A stretch of DNA of 64,000 bases from Dehalococcoidia bacterium (GTDB taxonomy: Bacteria > Chloroflexota > Dehalococcoidia > GIF9 > UBA5629). The notes under the pieces are model-generated. The model worked only from the letters and a program-made list of their open reading frames with translations, did not search any database and was not told the DNA's origin. The translations under genes were made by a program, and so were the position numbers. The stretch spans positions 206 through 64,205 of the forward strand of contig DAOUAI010000032.1 in assembly GCA_034433775.1 (NCBI GenBank), given 5' to 3'. Position 1 is the first letter of the stretch. Each line of letters opens with the position of its first letter. Below are positions 19,263 through 29,189 of the stretch, piece after piece.

Positions 19263-19517
19263 GTGTCGATGAAGAAAAAGAGGGCAAAACGAAGAGCAAG
19301 GTACCGGACGACAAAGCCAGCCGGAGGGGCCCCTAAGGGAACGACTGCAACCAGCCAGCCTTCCAAGGCAATAGTAACGGCAGCCGCAGGTACAGCAACT
19401 TTGTCACAAGCACAAAAAGAACAGCATAAATACTTACTGCCAGAGTTAAGGCAGATAGGCATTATAGCTGCTAGCTTGTTCTTAATTCTTATCATCCTGA
19501 GCTTTATACTAGGCTGA
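19263..19517 (+). CDS. small basic protein with one C-terminal transmembrane helix (84 aa)
   Basis: Lys/Arg-rich N-terminus, Ala/Thr-rich linker, hydrophobic IGIIAASLFLILIILSFILG tail; no homology recognised. Confidence 0.35.
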   Translation: MSMKKKRAKRRARYRTTKPAGGAPKGTTATSQPSKAIVTAAAGTATLSQAQKEQHKYLLPELRQIGIIAASLFLILIILSFILG

Positions 19518-19529
19518 AGGTAAAACGGA

Positions 19530-20165
19530 GTGAGTCTTGAGGCAAGCCGAGCCCGGCTATTTGAATCACTGCGCCGAGAGATATCAGATAGACGTGTGCT
19601 TTCGGCGATGGAACGGGTACCACGAGAACTCTTCGTGCCACCGGAATCCTACAACCTCGCTTACGAAGATATACCGCTAAGTATAGGTTACGGACAGACC
19701 ATCTCACAACCATTCATCGTGGCTTTGATGACACAGGCTCTGGGACTGAGAAGCGATGAGAAGGTGCTAGAAATCGGGACGGGGAGCGGTTACCAAACTG
19801 CAATACTCGCTGAATTAGCCAGATGGGTTGTCAGCGTTGAACGCATACCTGAACTTGCAGACTCTGCAAAAACAGTCTTGGATAAGCTTGGCTATAAAAA
19901 CATAGAGATCCATCTAGCAAGCGAAACTTTAGGCTGGCCACAAGGTGCTCCCTATGATGCCATAATAGTTACTGCTGGAGCACCACAAATCCCGCACACA
20001 TTACTCGAACAGTTGGCTAAAAATGGCAGAATGGTCATACCGGTAGGAACAAAATGGGAACAGGACTTATTCAAAGTCAGCAAGAAGGGCAACAAAGTCC
20101 TTGTTGATAACCTGGGTGGCTGCAGATTTGTACCGTTAATCGGCAAGGACGCCTGGGAAGACTGA
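19530..20165 (+). CDS. pcm: protein-L-isoaspartate O-methyltransferase
   Basis: QTISQPFIVA and LEIGTGSGYQTA SAM motifs; 211 aa. Confidence 0.9.
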   Translation: MSLEASRARLFESLRREISDRRVLSAMERVPRELFVPPESYNLAYEDIPLSIGYGQTISQPFIVALMTQALGLRSDEKVLEIGTGSGYQTAILAELARWVVSVERIPELADSAKTVLDKLGYKNIEIHLASETLGWPQGAPYDAIIVTAGAPQIPHTLLEQLAKNGRMVIPVGTKWEQDLFKVSKKGNKVLVDNLGGCRFVPLIGKDAWED

Positions 20166-20176
20166 AGTCCGGTTGC

Positions 20177-20848
20177 TTATATCCCAGCCCTGGGGATAAA
20201 AATGGATGGAATGTTCTCCTTAGGTACCAGAGCACCTACCGGGCACACATCCACACAAGCCAAGCAAGCTTCACACTCAGCCTCTGCTAGCGGCATACCA
20301 GCAAAAGTACTGACAACAGTATCAATACCCCGGAAAGCAAAATCAAGAGTGCCCGCACCTTTTTCGTGACACACCCAGACACATTTACCACAGAGAATGC
20401 ATTTGTTCGGGTCATATATAAATAGTGGATGGCTTGAGTCTACAGGTAGATTTCTGGGTATCTGTTTCAACCTCTTGGGCTTTAGCCTTAACTTCAAGCG
20501 AGCAGCTGTATCCTGAAGCCCGCACTTTCCATTTTTGGCACAGTGAGCGCAATCTAGGTGATGATGACTAATTAGAAATTCGAAAGCAGTGCTCCGTAGT
20601 TTGTTTACCCGAGGGGTATTAAGATGTACTACCATACCATCGCTTACTGGCTCGGTACAAGATGTGACCGGAAACTGCCTGCCTTCAATTTCCACAAAGC
20701 AAAGGCGGCAGGAAGCAAAAGGTGGATTTACTCCCCTGATAGCACAAAGATTGGGAATATAGAATCCGTTATCTAGAGCTACCCAGAGGATCTTTTCGCC
20801 TTTCCTGGCTTTAATCTCAATGCCATCGATAATGCAGTTAACTAACAA
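20177..20848 (-). CDS. HoxU/NuoG-N-terminal-like iron-sulfur protein ([2Fe-2S], His-ligated [4Fe-4S], two [4Fe-4S])
   Basis: CxxxxxxxxxCxxC...C 2Fe-2S pattern, HHLDCAHCAKNGKC, CILCGKCVWVCHE, CEACLACVDVCP. Confidence 0.75.
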   Translation of the reverse strand: MLVNCIIDGIEIKARKGEKILWVALDNGFYIPNLCAIRGVNPPFASCRLCFVEIEGRQFPVTSCTEPVSDGMVVHLNTPRVNKLRSTAFEFLISHHHLDCAHCAKNGKCGLQDTAARLKLRLKPKRLKQIPRNLPVDSSHPLFIYDPNKCILCGKCVWVCHEKGAGTLDFAFRGIDTVVSTFAGMPLAEAECEACLACVDVCPVGALVPKENIPSIFIPRAGI

Positions 20849-20930
20849 ACTGCGGCTCTCCCGGTCTAGAATATGACCCCAAGCTACCTGGTATTCGCAA
20901 CAATCATTACCAAACTAGTGCCTCCAAACC

Positions 20931-21461
20931 TTACCCCTTCTTTCGCCCGTGTTTCAAAAAATTCTCTTCCATAAAATCCACCAGCTCTTCAATTGCTTTT
21001 GGAGAAAAATTTCTAACCCCGCATTCAATCGGTTTCTCCGTCACAACAGCTATCAGGTTTTTCAAATCAAAGGCATTTACCTTATCTGAATCTCTGTAGA
21101 GCTTTATTTTTGGCACCTCGCTTTGCTTGAACCCTTCAGCGAGCAGAATATCATAATCTGCTCCCAGGATTTGTGCCGCCTCACCGAGGGAAAGCTCGTG
21201 CAACACCGGCTTAATCAACACCAGTTGAGTAGAAGAGAGTATCAAAGTCGCCGCACTCCCTGCTTGAATATGCCGCCAGCTATCCTTGTGTGCCTTATCA
21301 AAGGAGGGCTTAGCTAAAGCATGTTTTATGGTCCCCACCTTGTAACCGCGAGACTTCAACTTCACAATAAGTGACTCTATCAGCGTAGTTTTGCCTGATT
21401 TTGATGTGCCCACTATCGCAACAATCGGAGGTGTTCGTTTAACGGCTCTAGCGTTAGACAT
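20931..21461 (-). CDS. mobB: molybdopterin-guanine dinucleotide biosynthesis adapter MobB
   Basis: P-loop IVGTSKSGKTTLIE, 176 aa MobB length. Confidence 0.85.
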   Translation of the reverse strand: MSNARAVKRTPPIVAIVGTSKSGKTTLIESLIVKLKSRGYKVGTIKHALAKPSFDKAHKDSWRHIQAGSAATLILSSTQLVLIKPVLHELSLGEAAQILGADYDILLAEGFKQSEVPKIKLYRDSDKVNAFDLKNLIAVVTEKPIECGVRNFSPKAIEELVDFMEENFLKHGRKKG

Positions 21462-21921
21462 TAGAATAGCCCCAAGGTCGCCTATAAGCCTTCCTCCACG
21501 GTTCTCTTCTCAGGGAGATATAGTCTTTCACTGCTGCCTTGATCGCGCTAACTGCCAACGATGCACAATGGTAATTACCTTCTGGCAGCCCACCCAATGC
21601 CCGAGAAATGTCCTCCTCACAGATTGCCAGCACTTCAGCGATATCCTTGCCTTTGACCAGTTCGGTGGCAACACTTCCGCAAGCGACTGTAGCACCACAA
21701 CCATCTGTCCAGAATGTTACTTCCGCTACCTGTGCCCTGTCTACCTTAATCCACATCTTCATTACTTCACCACACTGGCTACAAACAACTGCAAAACCAT
21801 CAGCATCGCTGAGATCACCTAGATTCCGAGGATTCATCGCGTGGTCAACGACTCTCTCACCATACATCTCCTTCATCCTAGCCGTTATTTGCCTTTCAAG
21901 CTCATCAAATTGGTTGTCCAT
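21454..21921 (-). CDS. NifU/IscU-like Fe-S cluster scaffold protein
   Basis: NPRNLG, DGCGATVACGS and HCASLA Cys motifs typical of the U-type scaffold. Confidence 0.7.
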   Translation of the reverse strand: MDNQFDELERQITARMKEMYGERVVDHAMNPRNLGDLSDADGFAVVCSQCGEVMKMWIKVDRAQVAEVTFWTDGCGATVACGSVATELVKGKDIAEVLAICEEDISRALGGLPEGNYHCASLAVSAIKAAVKDYISLRREPWRKAYRRPWGYSNV

Positions 21922-22252
21922 GCTATCACTCCATCTGCTTTCAATCTATATCCAAGCCGAGCCTTTGTATAAAGTTAGCACCAAAATATCGACTGAACTC
22001 GAATTATAGCATCCTGTCTCACCTTTATCACGCAACATTGCAATCTCTTGAACGAGCGACAACGGCCCCAGCAGCGCTGCTGCAGCTATTTCGTCGCCTC
22101 TTACCCACGAGCCGTGCTAGACACTTCTATTCTCCTATCTGTTCCGGAAATAATCAAGTAACAAGAAAATACAATACCAGGATGACAATAGATGCGTGGT
22201 CTTATGAAAGCACCACTACAAATTGTACGAAAGGCCTGTAGATATAGACCTT

Positions 22253-23716
22253 CTACTTCCTGGAGAGCGTCCTTACTATCTTGCCGCTTCCGTCTCTGAG
22301 GTTCACTTCGAGGGGCATTTTCCCGGGAAGCGTATGTGTGGCACATGCCAGGCATGGGTCGTAAGGCCTGAAAGCCATTTCCACCATGTTTAGCAGTCCC
22401 TCTTTAACCTCAGGACCTTTCACAAACCCCATTGCGGCTTTCTTAACAGAAAGACAAATAGGAGCTGCATTATGCTGCGTAGCTACTATAAGATTGGCTC
22501 TTGTGACCAGCCCTCTATCATCGGTCTCATAATGGTGTATTAAAGTTCCCCTTGCTGCCTCAACACACCCGATACCTATCCTCTTGAGTCTTAAGTTCAT
22601 ATTCCGTATATCCTTGCTGGTTAAAAGAGGTTCATTCGCTATCCGCTGCATGTCCTCAGCAGCCTGAAGCGCTTCTATTAACCGTGCCCAGTGGAAAGCT
22701 AGGGTATGATTGCTGGGCTTGCCCCCTAACGTGTCAAACATCTCCTCATACGCTTTCTGCGCCAGAGGAGTTGCCATACCATCGGCAGCATTCAGCCGGG
22801 CAAGAGGACCAACACGATATAACGATGTCTTATCTCCCTCTATCAATCCATTCCAACCCAATTTTCTAAGGTGAGTCAATCTGATATATGTCCAGGGTTC
22901 AACCCACTCGCCAATGTAATCAACATAGTCCCTGGGGTCGAACAATGCATACTCATTTCCTTTAGTGTCTGTGACTCTAATTTTACCTTCGTAGAAATTC
23001 ACTTTTTTGTCGGCATCCACCAGTCCCATGTTATAGACATTTAGCTTATAAGCATCGTGCAAGATCAGGTCAAGGTATTTCTTTTCGCCAAGCACAGCCT
23101 CTTTGAATAGCTTAAGGGCAAATTGAGCAAACTCCACTGAATCATTTGCCGTGTCTCTAATCCATTTTCTTTCTTCCTCGGTGACACCTCTAGGTACACC
23201 ACCAGGTAACCCGCCTTCAGGATGGGGTGCCTTGCTACCGACAAGGCGAATGATATCGCGGCATCGTTTTCTTATGTCAATTACTTTTTTCCCTATATCT
23301 AACCCCACCCTGCCAATAACGCCGAGTATATTCCTTGCCGCCGGATCAGCATCTGGACCGACAACAAAGTCCGGGGCAGAGAGGAAGAAAAAGTGAATAT
23401 AGTGGTCTTCGAGCATAAACGCATTATAGTGGAGCTGCCTTACCAATTTTGCCGCCGGGGTGGGCTCAACGCTATACACATCGTCCACTGCCTTTGTAGA
23501 TGCCATATTATGGGGTGTAGGACAAACGCCACAAATATTAGGTGTTATCCTTGGCATCTCCTCCACTGGTCTACCAATGCAGAACCTTTCAAAACCTCTT
23601 AGCTCAACCACCTGCCAGTAGGCATCTTCCACGTTACCCTTGTTGTCCAAAAAAATCTCAATTTTACCGTGTCCCTCGAGCCTTGTAATCGGGTTTATAG
23701 TTATATTCTTTGCCAT
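22253..23716 (-). CDS. [NiFe] hydrogenase large subunit, group 3 (MvhA/VhuA-like)
   Basis: N-terminal Ni-binding NICGVCPTPH, C-terminal DPCLACATH followed by a cleavable extension; 487 aa. Confidence 0.9.
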   Translation of the reverse strand: MAKNITINPITRLEGHGKIEIFLDNKGNVEDAYWQVVELRGFERFCIGRPVEEMPRITPNICGVCPTPHNMASTKAVDDVYSVEPTPAAKLVRQLHYNAFMLEDHYIHFFFLSAPDFVVGPDADPAARNILGVIGRVGLDIGKKVIDIRKRCRDIIRLVGSKAPHPEGGLPGGVPRGVTEEERKWIRDTANDSVEFAQFALKLFKEAVLGEKKYLDLILHDAYKLNVYNMGLVDADKKVNFYEGKIRVTDTKGNEYALFDPRDYVDYIGEWVEPWTYIRLTHLRKLGWNGLIEGDKTSLYRVGPLARLNAADGMATPLAQKAYEEMFDTLGGKPSNHTLAFHWARLIEALQAAEDMQRIANEPLLTSKDIRNMNLRLKRIGIGCVEAARGTLIHHYETDDRGLVTRANLIVATQHNAAPICLSVKKAAMGFVKGPEVKEGLLNMVEMAFRPYDPCLACATHTLPGKMPLEVNLRDGSGKIVRTLSRK

Positions 23717-23736
23717 TTCTACTAACTCCTTACTCC

Positions 23737-24702
23737 CTATATTCTTTTGCGCACCAGCGCTGACACCGGCGCCGAGAACCGGTAGAGGTAGCCGGCAAGG
23801 TCGTCTATTTTATCCACAAGCCTCTTTACTTCCTTTTCATCATCAGCATCTAGCATAGAAGCTAATGCAGAGACAAACTTCGTCCCAGCATCTTGTACCC
23901 CTTCCACAGGACCAAAGCAACCCCTGCACGGCAAGTTTATCTTCATGCAGACCTCACCACATCCCGAACGGGTCGCTGGTCCCAGACAAAGTACCCCTTG
24001 CGCAAGAAAACATGTATCCGGGTTAGCTTCCACTTCATGAATACGCTTGACGTCCTTCAACGCAATTCGTGGAGGCTTTGTTTTGTTCCGCTCACAAGTA
24101 TCACAAAGAGCTTTGTGAGGGGCTAAGGTTGAACCTCGCGGTGGCAACTTGCCCGCCAAAACCGCGTTGACCGCACTGGCTATCAGATCAGGTGGTGGTG
24201 GACAACCTGGAAGGTAATAATCAACATCTATAATCTGATTAAGAGCATATACCTGCTCATAAAACTCAGGCAGCGTCAACTCTTTGCCATTTACCTTGGA
24301 TTTGGGCTGAGGGACATTACCTTTTGGGTTCACAACAGTGGGCGCATCACGATAAACCCAGTTAAATATATCCTCTTTAGTAGTAAAATTCGCCATTCCC
24401 GGCGTACCACCAAAACAAGCGCAAGCACCAAAAGCGAGTACTAACTGCGATTTTCGTCTTAAGAGTTCTGCTACCTCTTCATGGTCGGAATTCCTCACAT
24501 GCCCATTGATAATGCTCAAGGCTATTTCTTTGTCCTTCAGCTCCTCAATGTGGTGGTACTTAAAGTCCATAGCCACTGGCCACAGTATGATATCCACAGC
24601 CTCAGCCACCTGCAAAACTGCCTCGTTCAGGTCAACTACAGCCTCGTCACAACCACCACAACTACCCAGCCAACAGATTGCAACCTTCGGTTTATTCGCC
24701 AT
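23737..24702 (-). CDS. [NiFe] hydrogenase small subunit with C-terminal ferredoxin-like extension (MvhG-like)
   Basis: CWLGSCGGCDE proximal cluster, GACACFGG, additional C-terminal Cys clusters; 321 aa. Confidence 0.85.
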   Translation of the reverse strand: MANKPKVAICWLGSCGGCDEAVVDLNEAVLQVAEAVDIILWPVAMDFKYHHIEELKDKEIALSIINGHVRNSDHEEVAELLRRKSQLVLAFGACACFGGTPGMANFTTKEDIFNWVYRDAPTVVNPKGNVPQPKSKVNGKELTLPEFYEQVYALNQIIDVDYYLPGCPPPPDLIASAVNAVLAGKLPPRGSTLAPHKALCDTCERNKTKPPRIALKDVKRIHEVEANPDTCFLAQGVLCLGPATRSGCGEVCMKINLPCRGCFGPVEGVQDAGTKFVSALASMLDADDEKEVKRLVDKIDDLAGYLYRFSAPVSALVRKRI

Positions 24703-24718
24703 CGCTTGTTCTCCTTCC

Positions 24719-25156
24719 TTACCTTTTTGCTTTTGCAGCAGCTAATGCTCGACTCACCGGTTTGATCTTCTTTACCGGTCCCATACTGCGCAAAGTTTCA
24801 GTCATATCTTTAACATGATTAAGTATCTCTTTACCTTCGGGGTCTGAAGAGAGCACTATGCGCACCCGCTCCGTCTCGATACCGTAAGAACTCAGCAACT
24901 TTCTCAATAGATAAACTCTCTTCCGTGCCTCAAAATTACCGTCCTGATAATGGCAGTCCCCCTCAGGACAACCTAAAATAAGAACACCGTCAGCCCCGTT
25001 CTTAAATGCATCTACAATATGGGCGGCATCTATTTTGCCGCTACAAATTATAGGCACCCAGTTCTTTATTTGGGCAGCTAGCTGAGCCTCATCAGCCAAA
25101 TATCCCCAACTAAATTTGCAAGAAAAACAGACTAATTTAGGTTCGAAATTGTTCAC
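24719..25156 (-). CDS. MvhD/FlpD-like [2Fe-2S] hydrogenase delta subunit
   Basis: LVCFSC..., ICSGKIDAAHIVDAFKNGADGVLILGCPEGDCHY pattern; 145 aa. Confidence 0.8.
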   Translation of the reverse strand: MNNFEPKLVCFSCKFSWGYLADEAQLAAQIKNWVPIICSGKIDAAHIVDAFKNGADGVLILGCPEGDCHYQDGNFEARKRVYLLRKLLSSYGIETERVRIVLSSDPEGKEILNHVKDMTETLRSMGPVKKIKPVSRALAAAKAKR

Positions 25157-25183
25157 TTCTCCTCCTTACATCTTAGTTTGTAG

Positions 25184-26977
25184 TTACTGCAACGCCGCAT
25201 AAACTTTATCGATTTTCTCGTAAGTCAGGTCCTCGACCATTTTTCTGGCATCAGAAGGGCAAGCAGCTACACACATGCCACAAGACTTGCATCGGAACAT
25301 ATCAGTGGCAGAGATGATTTTGCCCTCTCTCTCCACAAGATGCGCTGACCCGTAATTACAGGAGTACACACAAATTCCACACCCGCTGCATCTATCCTCA
25401 TCCACCTGGACAGAATAAAGTGACTTCTCAAACCCAATAGATATGCAGGCTTTGCATGATACACAGGGACCACAAGTAGCGCATCTTTTCGCTTCCTCTA
25501 TAGCTTCATCGAGGGTAAGCCCTCTTTCAAACAACTGAAAATGCATCCTCTGCTCAGGCGGTATCCAGACCACCTCAGTTGGCGGCTTATAGTTGGATCT
25601 GAGCGGGATATCGAATTTCTCAAAGTCTCTTCGTCTACCCTCAGTCATATTCAGTCCCCTGAGATACCTGTGGATAGACTCAGCGGCTTCCATCCCTTCT
25701 TTCATCGCCTCAACCATGAACCCTATCCGGCGGACATCACCACCAATAAAGACGTCACGGAATTTAAGACTTTGTAAGGTGTGAGGGTCAACGGCCAGCC
25801 TGCCCCTCTCATCGAGAAGCATCTCATTCTCTAGAACAACCCGGTCAGGCCCCTGCCCTATAGTTATTATAAGAACGTCTCCATCCAGCTCTATCGTGTC
25901 CGATAAGTCAAACTTCGGATTAAATCCCTGCTCATCAAAGACACAGGTACACTTTGGAGACACAATCTTTCTGAACCTGCCTGCTTCACCAATTATCTTC
26001 TGTACACCCCGGGAATATACTATTTGAATTCCCTCTTCCCAGGCTCCCCTTATTTCCTCCTCATCGGCAGGAATACCATCGCGAGAACTTTTATCTTCGC
26101 ACTCCAAACATACCACAGTTACCTCGCCCCCAAGTCTCCTCACCGAGCGCGCAACATCAAACGCCACATTCCCACCACCAATCACAATCACCTTGCGGTA
26201 CTTAAAATAGTCGGGCTCGATATTCCCATGGCTGATCTCGTAAAGCAAAGTATGCCCGTACAACACTCCGGATAGGTCCTGCCCCTCCACTGGTTTACCA
26301 TCGAAGGTCAATATTCTGGGGTAAGGCGTCCCTTTCGCCAAAAATATTGCCTTATACCCCTGCATCCTCAATCTTTCAAAAGTAAGCTTACCTTTACCTA
26401 CCTCAGAATTAAACTTGACATCTATCCCGGCAATCCGTACCAGATTGTCAATGGTAGTCTTTAGCACGTCGTCCGGAAGACGGTAGTCAGGTATAAGCCA
26501 CAAAGCCCCACCCAGCCTGTTTGAAGCTTCAAAAATCGTCGGCTTGTACCCTCTCTTCGCCAGATAGTAGGCACACATCAGACCACCCGGCCCACCCCCC
26601 ACAATCGCCACATTTTCCTTGTCTTTGACTATGTTCAGTTCCTCCCTTTGGTTCAAGTAGTCCGTATAATAGTCTGAGAGGAACCTTTTTAACAGCCTGC
26701 GCCTTATCGCTCCACCTTTGGTCTTATAGTTGCACTCAAGTTCACACAAACCACAAATATAGCCGCAGATGTTGAAAAACGGGTTCTTTTCGTAGAGGTA
26801 ATCACCTATCTGAATTATGCCATTTTTGGCTGACTCGATATCCCTGGGCAAAAGGGAGATAAGCACATTAGTCCGCTGGATATCTTCGTTGATGGGACAT
26901 TTAATCTGACATGGGGGTAACAACTGCTTGACAGCCTCCTCCACATGCGCTCCACCAGTGGTTACTGTACGCCACAT
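25184..26977 (-). CDS. GltD/HdrA-like FAD- and NAD(P)H-binding flavoprotein with N-terminal [4Fe-4S] and C-terminal 2x[4Fe-4S] ferredoxin domain
   Basis: CGYICGLCELEC, VAIVGGGPGGLMCAYYLAKRGY dinucleotide fold, second VIVIGGGNVAFD fold, C-terminal CATCGPCVSCKAC...CSGCGICVYSC...CKSCGMCVAACP. Confidence 0.75.
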   Translation of the reverse strand: MWRTVTTGGAHVEEAVKQLLPPCQIKCPINEDIQRTNVLISLLPRDIESAKNGIIQIGDYLYEKNPFFNICGYICGLCELECNYKTKGGAIRRRLLKRFLSDYYTDYLNQREELNIVKDKENVAIVGGGPGGLMCAYYLAKRGYKPTIFEASNRLGGALWLIPDYRLPDDVLKTTIDNLVRIAGIDVKFNSEVGKGKLTFERLRMQGYKAIFLAKGTPYPRILTFDGKPVEGQDLSGVLYGHTLLYEISHGNIEPDYFKYRKVIVIGGGNVAFDVARSVRRLGGEVTVVCLECEDKSSRDGIPADEEEIRGAWEEGIQIVYSRGVQKIIGEAGRFRKIVSPKCTCVFDEQGFNPKFDLSDTIELDGDVLIITIGQGPDRVVLENEMLLDERGRLAVDPHTLQSLKFRDVFIGGDVRRIGFMVEAMKEGMEAAESIHRYLRGLNMTEGRRRDFEKFDIPLRSNYKPPTEVVWIPPEQRMHFQLFERGLTLDEAIEEAKRCATCGPCVSCKACISIGFEKSLYSVQVDEDRCSGCGICVYSCNYGSAHLVEREGKIISATDMFRCKSCGMCVAACPSDARKMVEDLTYEKIDKVYAALQ

Positions 26978-27034
26978 AATTTACCTCCTTTAACTGCACG
27001 CTGATGCCTGCCAGAAAATCAGCAAAGCCAAAAT

Positions 27035-27063
27035 ATAATACAAAATTACTTACTGTTGTGCAA
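27035..27063 (-). promoter_or_regulatory. sigma70-like promoter for hydrogenase operon B
   Basis: On the minus strand TTGCAC (27063-27058), 17-nt spacer, TATTAT (27040-27035); RBS AAGGAGG immediately upstream of the 26977 start. Confidence 0.4.
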
Positions 27064-27090
27064 GATGCCCATTGTTAAAAGTTGGAGCGC

Positions 27091-27140
27091 TTAAAAAGTA
27101 ACCCCGTCTCTTATCGAGACAAAGTCCTCAGGGGGACTAA
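27091..27140 (-). terminator. putative intrinsic terminator of hydrogenase operon A
   Basis: Minus-strand hairpins AGTCC-CCCTGA-GGACT and GTCTC-GATAA-GAGAC followed by GGGGTTACTTTTT, just after the hoxH-like stop. Confidence 0.4.
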
Positions 27141-27151
27141 CAGAGACAATC

Positions 27152-28615
27152 TCAGTTCGTCAGCTCTCCCAAAAGTTCGCCCTTCTGTGAGATAAGCTGC
27201 ACTCTGAACGGCATCTGGCCTAGAACGTGTGTGGAGCAAGAGAGACAGGGATCGTAACAGCGGATCGCCACTTCTACCCGGTTGAGGATACCCTCAGTGA
27301 CCTTGCCATTTTTTATGAACTCCTTAGCCACCTCATACACCGCACGGTTCATTGCCCAGTTGTTGTTACCTGTGGCCACAATAAGATTAACCTTCAGGAT
27401 CTTACCAGTATCATCCACCCAGTAATGATGAAACAAAGTGCCCCTGGGAGCTTCGATAACTCCCACACCTTGCTCGTTATATTTTCCGGACTCTACAATC
27501 AAATCTGTAGAACAAATATCCTTATCTTCCAGCAATTGCTGAGCTCTTTCCAAAGAATAAAGTAATTCGATGAGACGTGCATAATGGTAGTAGAGCGAAC
27601 CTTCCACTATGCCATTCTTACCCAAGCTTTTAAAATTTTTGAGCTCTGATTGGGCCCTATAAGTTGATATCGCCCCACAGACATTCAAACGAGCCAGAGG
27701 ACCAGCCCTGTAGACTCCCTTCGGATAACCTTGCTTTTTATAAAAGGGGAACTTGAGATATGACCAGTCTTCCACATACTCATTGATGATATTCAGGTAG
27801 TTAGCAGGATCGAACTGGTCTTCAAGAACCTTACCTTCAGCATCAATTAGCCTCAATTTGCCATCATAAAGTTCGAGATTATTGTCTTTGTCCACCAATC
27901 CCAGATATCCTGTAGGAAAGCTTGCACATGTACAGACAAAATCTTTGTTGCGCTCATAAAATTGCTTTATTATCCCAATAGCAGCCTCAGCATCAGCTAT
28001 CATCTGGTCAATTTGTCTGAGAAAACGGTCGCGGTCAGATGGTGATAACGCTGTGTTCATGCCCCCGGGCACTGCACCATTAGGATGAACCTTTTTCCCG
28101 CCGATGGCTTGAATAATTGCCTGCCCGAAACCACGAAGCCTCACACCTTTGATAGCAAGCTCGGGGTTCGTCTCAATCAACCCCACCACATTCCGCTTCG
28201 CTGGCTCATAGTCCAGCCCCAGAAGTAAATCTGGACTAGCCAGATGGAAAAAGTGGAGAGCATGCGACTGGATAAATTGTCCCATATGCATTAGCTCTCG
28301 AAGTAACTTTGCCGGTCGGGTCAGTTCAACACCAAGAATTGCATCGCAAGCTTTGGCAGAGGCTAAATGATGGCTCACCGGGCAGATACCACAAATTCGC
28401 GGAGTGATCACAGGCATCTCCCAGAACACTCTGCCCTCGCAGAACTTCTCAAAGCCACGGAATTGAGTCACATGAAATCGAGCATCCAGAACATTCCCGT
28501 TATCATCAAGTTGAATGGTCACCTTACCGTGACCCTCAAGCCTGGTGACCGGGTTTATCTCAATTGTTTTACGATTTTCAGGAATTTCCTTGGTCTTCTT
28601 AACTTCAGTCGCCAT
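27152..28615 (-). CDS. [NiFe] hydrogenase large subunit, group 3 (HoxH-like)
   Basis: [12 protein letters not shown]-terminal Ni site, [10 protein letters not shown]-terminal site; 487 aa. Confidence 0.9.
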   Translation of the reverse strand: MATEVKKTKEIPENRKTIEINPVTRLEGHGKVTIQLDDNGNVLDARFHVTQFRGFEKFCEGRVFWEMPVITPRICGICPVSHHLASAKACDAILGVELTRPAKLLRELMHMGQFIQSHALHFFHLASPDLLLGLDYEPAKRNVVGLIETNPELAIKGVRLRGFGQAIIQAIGGKKVHPNGAVPGGMNTALSPSDRDRFLRQIDQMIADAEAAIGIIKQFYERNKDFVCTCASFPTGYLGLVDKDNNLELYDGKLRLIDAEGKVLEDQFDPANYLNIINEYVEDWSYLKFPFYKKQGYPKGVYRAGPLARLNVCGAISTYRAQSELKNFKSLGKNGIVEGSLYYHYARLIELLYSLERAQQLLEDKDICSTDLIVESGKYNEQGVGVIEAPRGTLFHHYWVDDTGKILKVNLIVATGNNNWAMNRAVYEVAKEFIKNGKVTEGILNRVEVAIRCYDPCLSCSTHVLGQMPFRVQLISQKGELLGELTN

Positions 28616-28627
28616 TCTGCACCTCTT

Positions 28628-29164
28628 TTAATCAAAGCGCATCATTTCACTGGGCAACACAGGTATCCGCCCCTCCAATAGTTCCTTTAAAGCGTAGAGA
28701 ATTGCCTTGGCATCTGGAGGACAACCTGGCACATAGCAGTCCACCTTTACCACGTGGTTCACCGGCTTCACCTGCTCCAGCAACGCTGGTACCCCGGGTG
28801 GACGAGGTATTTTCCCATCACAGGTGCTCTCAGTCTCAATATAGGCACGCCTTAGCACCTCATCTTTGTCAAATGTACTGCGCATTCCACAGACTCCACC
28901 AAAACAAGCGCAATCACCCCAAGCCATCAAAATCTTACAGTTAGCCCTGAGTTCTTTCAAAACCTCTTCTTCCTCCGTATTTCCTACCGAACCTTCCACT
29001 ATACCTACGTCCACTGGCGAGAACTCCTTGATATCGGTGATCGGGCTCCTAGTAAACTCAACCGCATTAAGTAATTCCACTATCGCCTCATCTATATCTA
29101 GAAATGACATATGACATCCGGAACAAGCTTCCAGCCAAACAGTAGCTACCTTCACTTTCGCCAT
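28628..29164 (-). CDS. [NiFe] hydrogenase small subunit, short group-3 type (HoxY-like)
   Basis: WLEACSGCHMS, GDCACFGG, VPGCPP; 178 aa with proximal cluster only. Confidence 0.85.
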   Translation of the reverse strand: MAKVKVATVWLEACSGCHMSFLDIDEAIVELLNAVEFTRSPITDIKEFSPVDVGIVEGSVGNTEEEEVLKELRANCKILMAWGDCACFGGVCGMRSTFDKDEVLRRAYIETESTCDGKIPRPPGVPALLEQVKPVNHVVKVDCYVPGCPPDAKAILYALKELLEGRIPVLPSEMMRFD

Positions 29165-29189
29165 AGAAACAACTCCCTCTATTTAGTGA

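Noticed and set aside
21391-22009. Two plus-strand ORFs (143 aa and 133 aa)
   Set aside because: Antisense to the NifU-like and MobB genes, which have clear family motifs.
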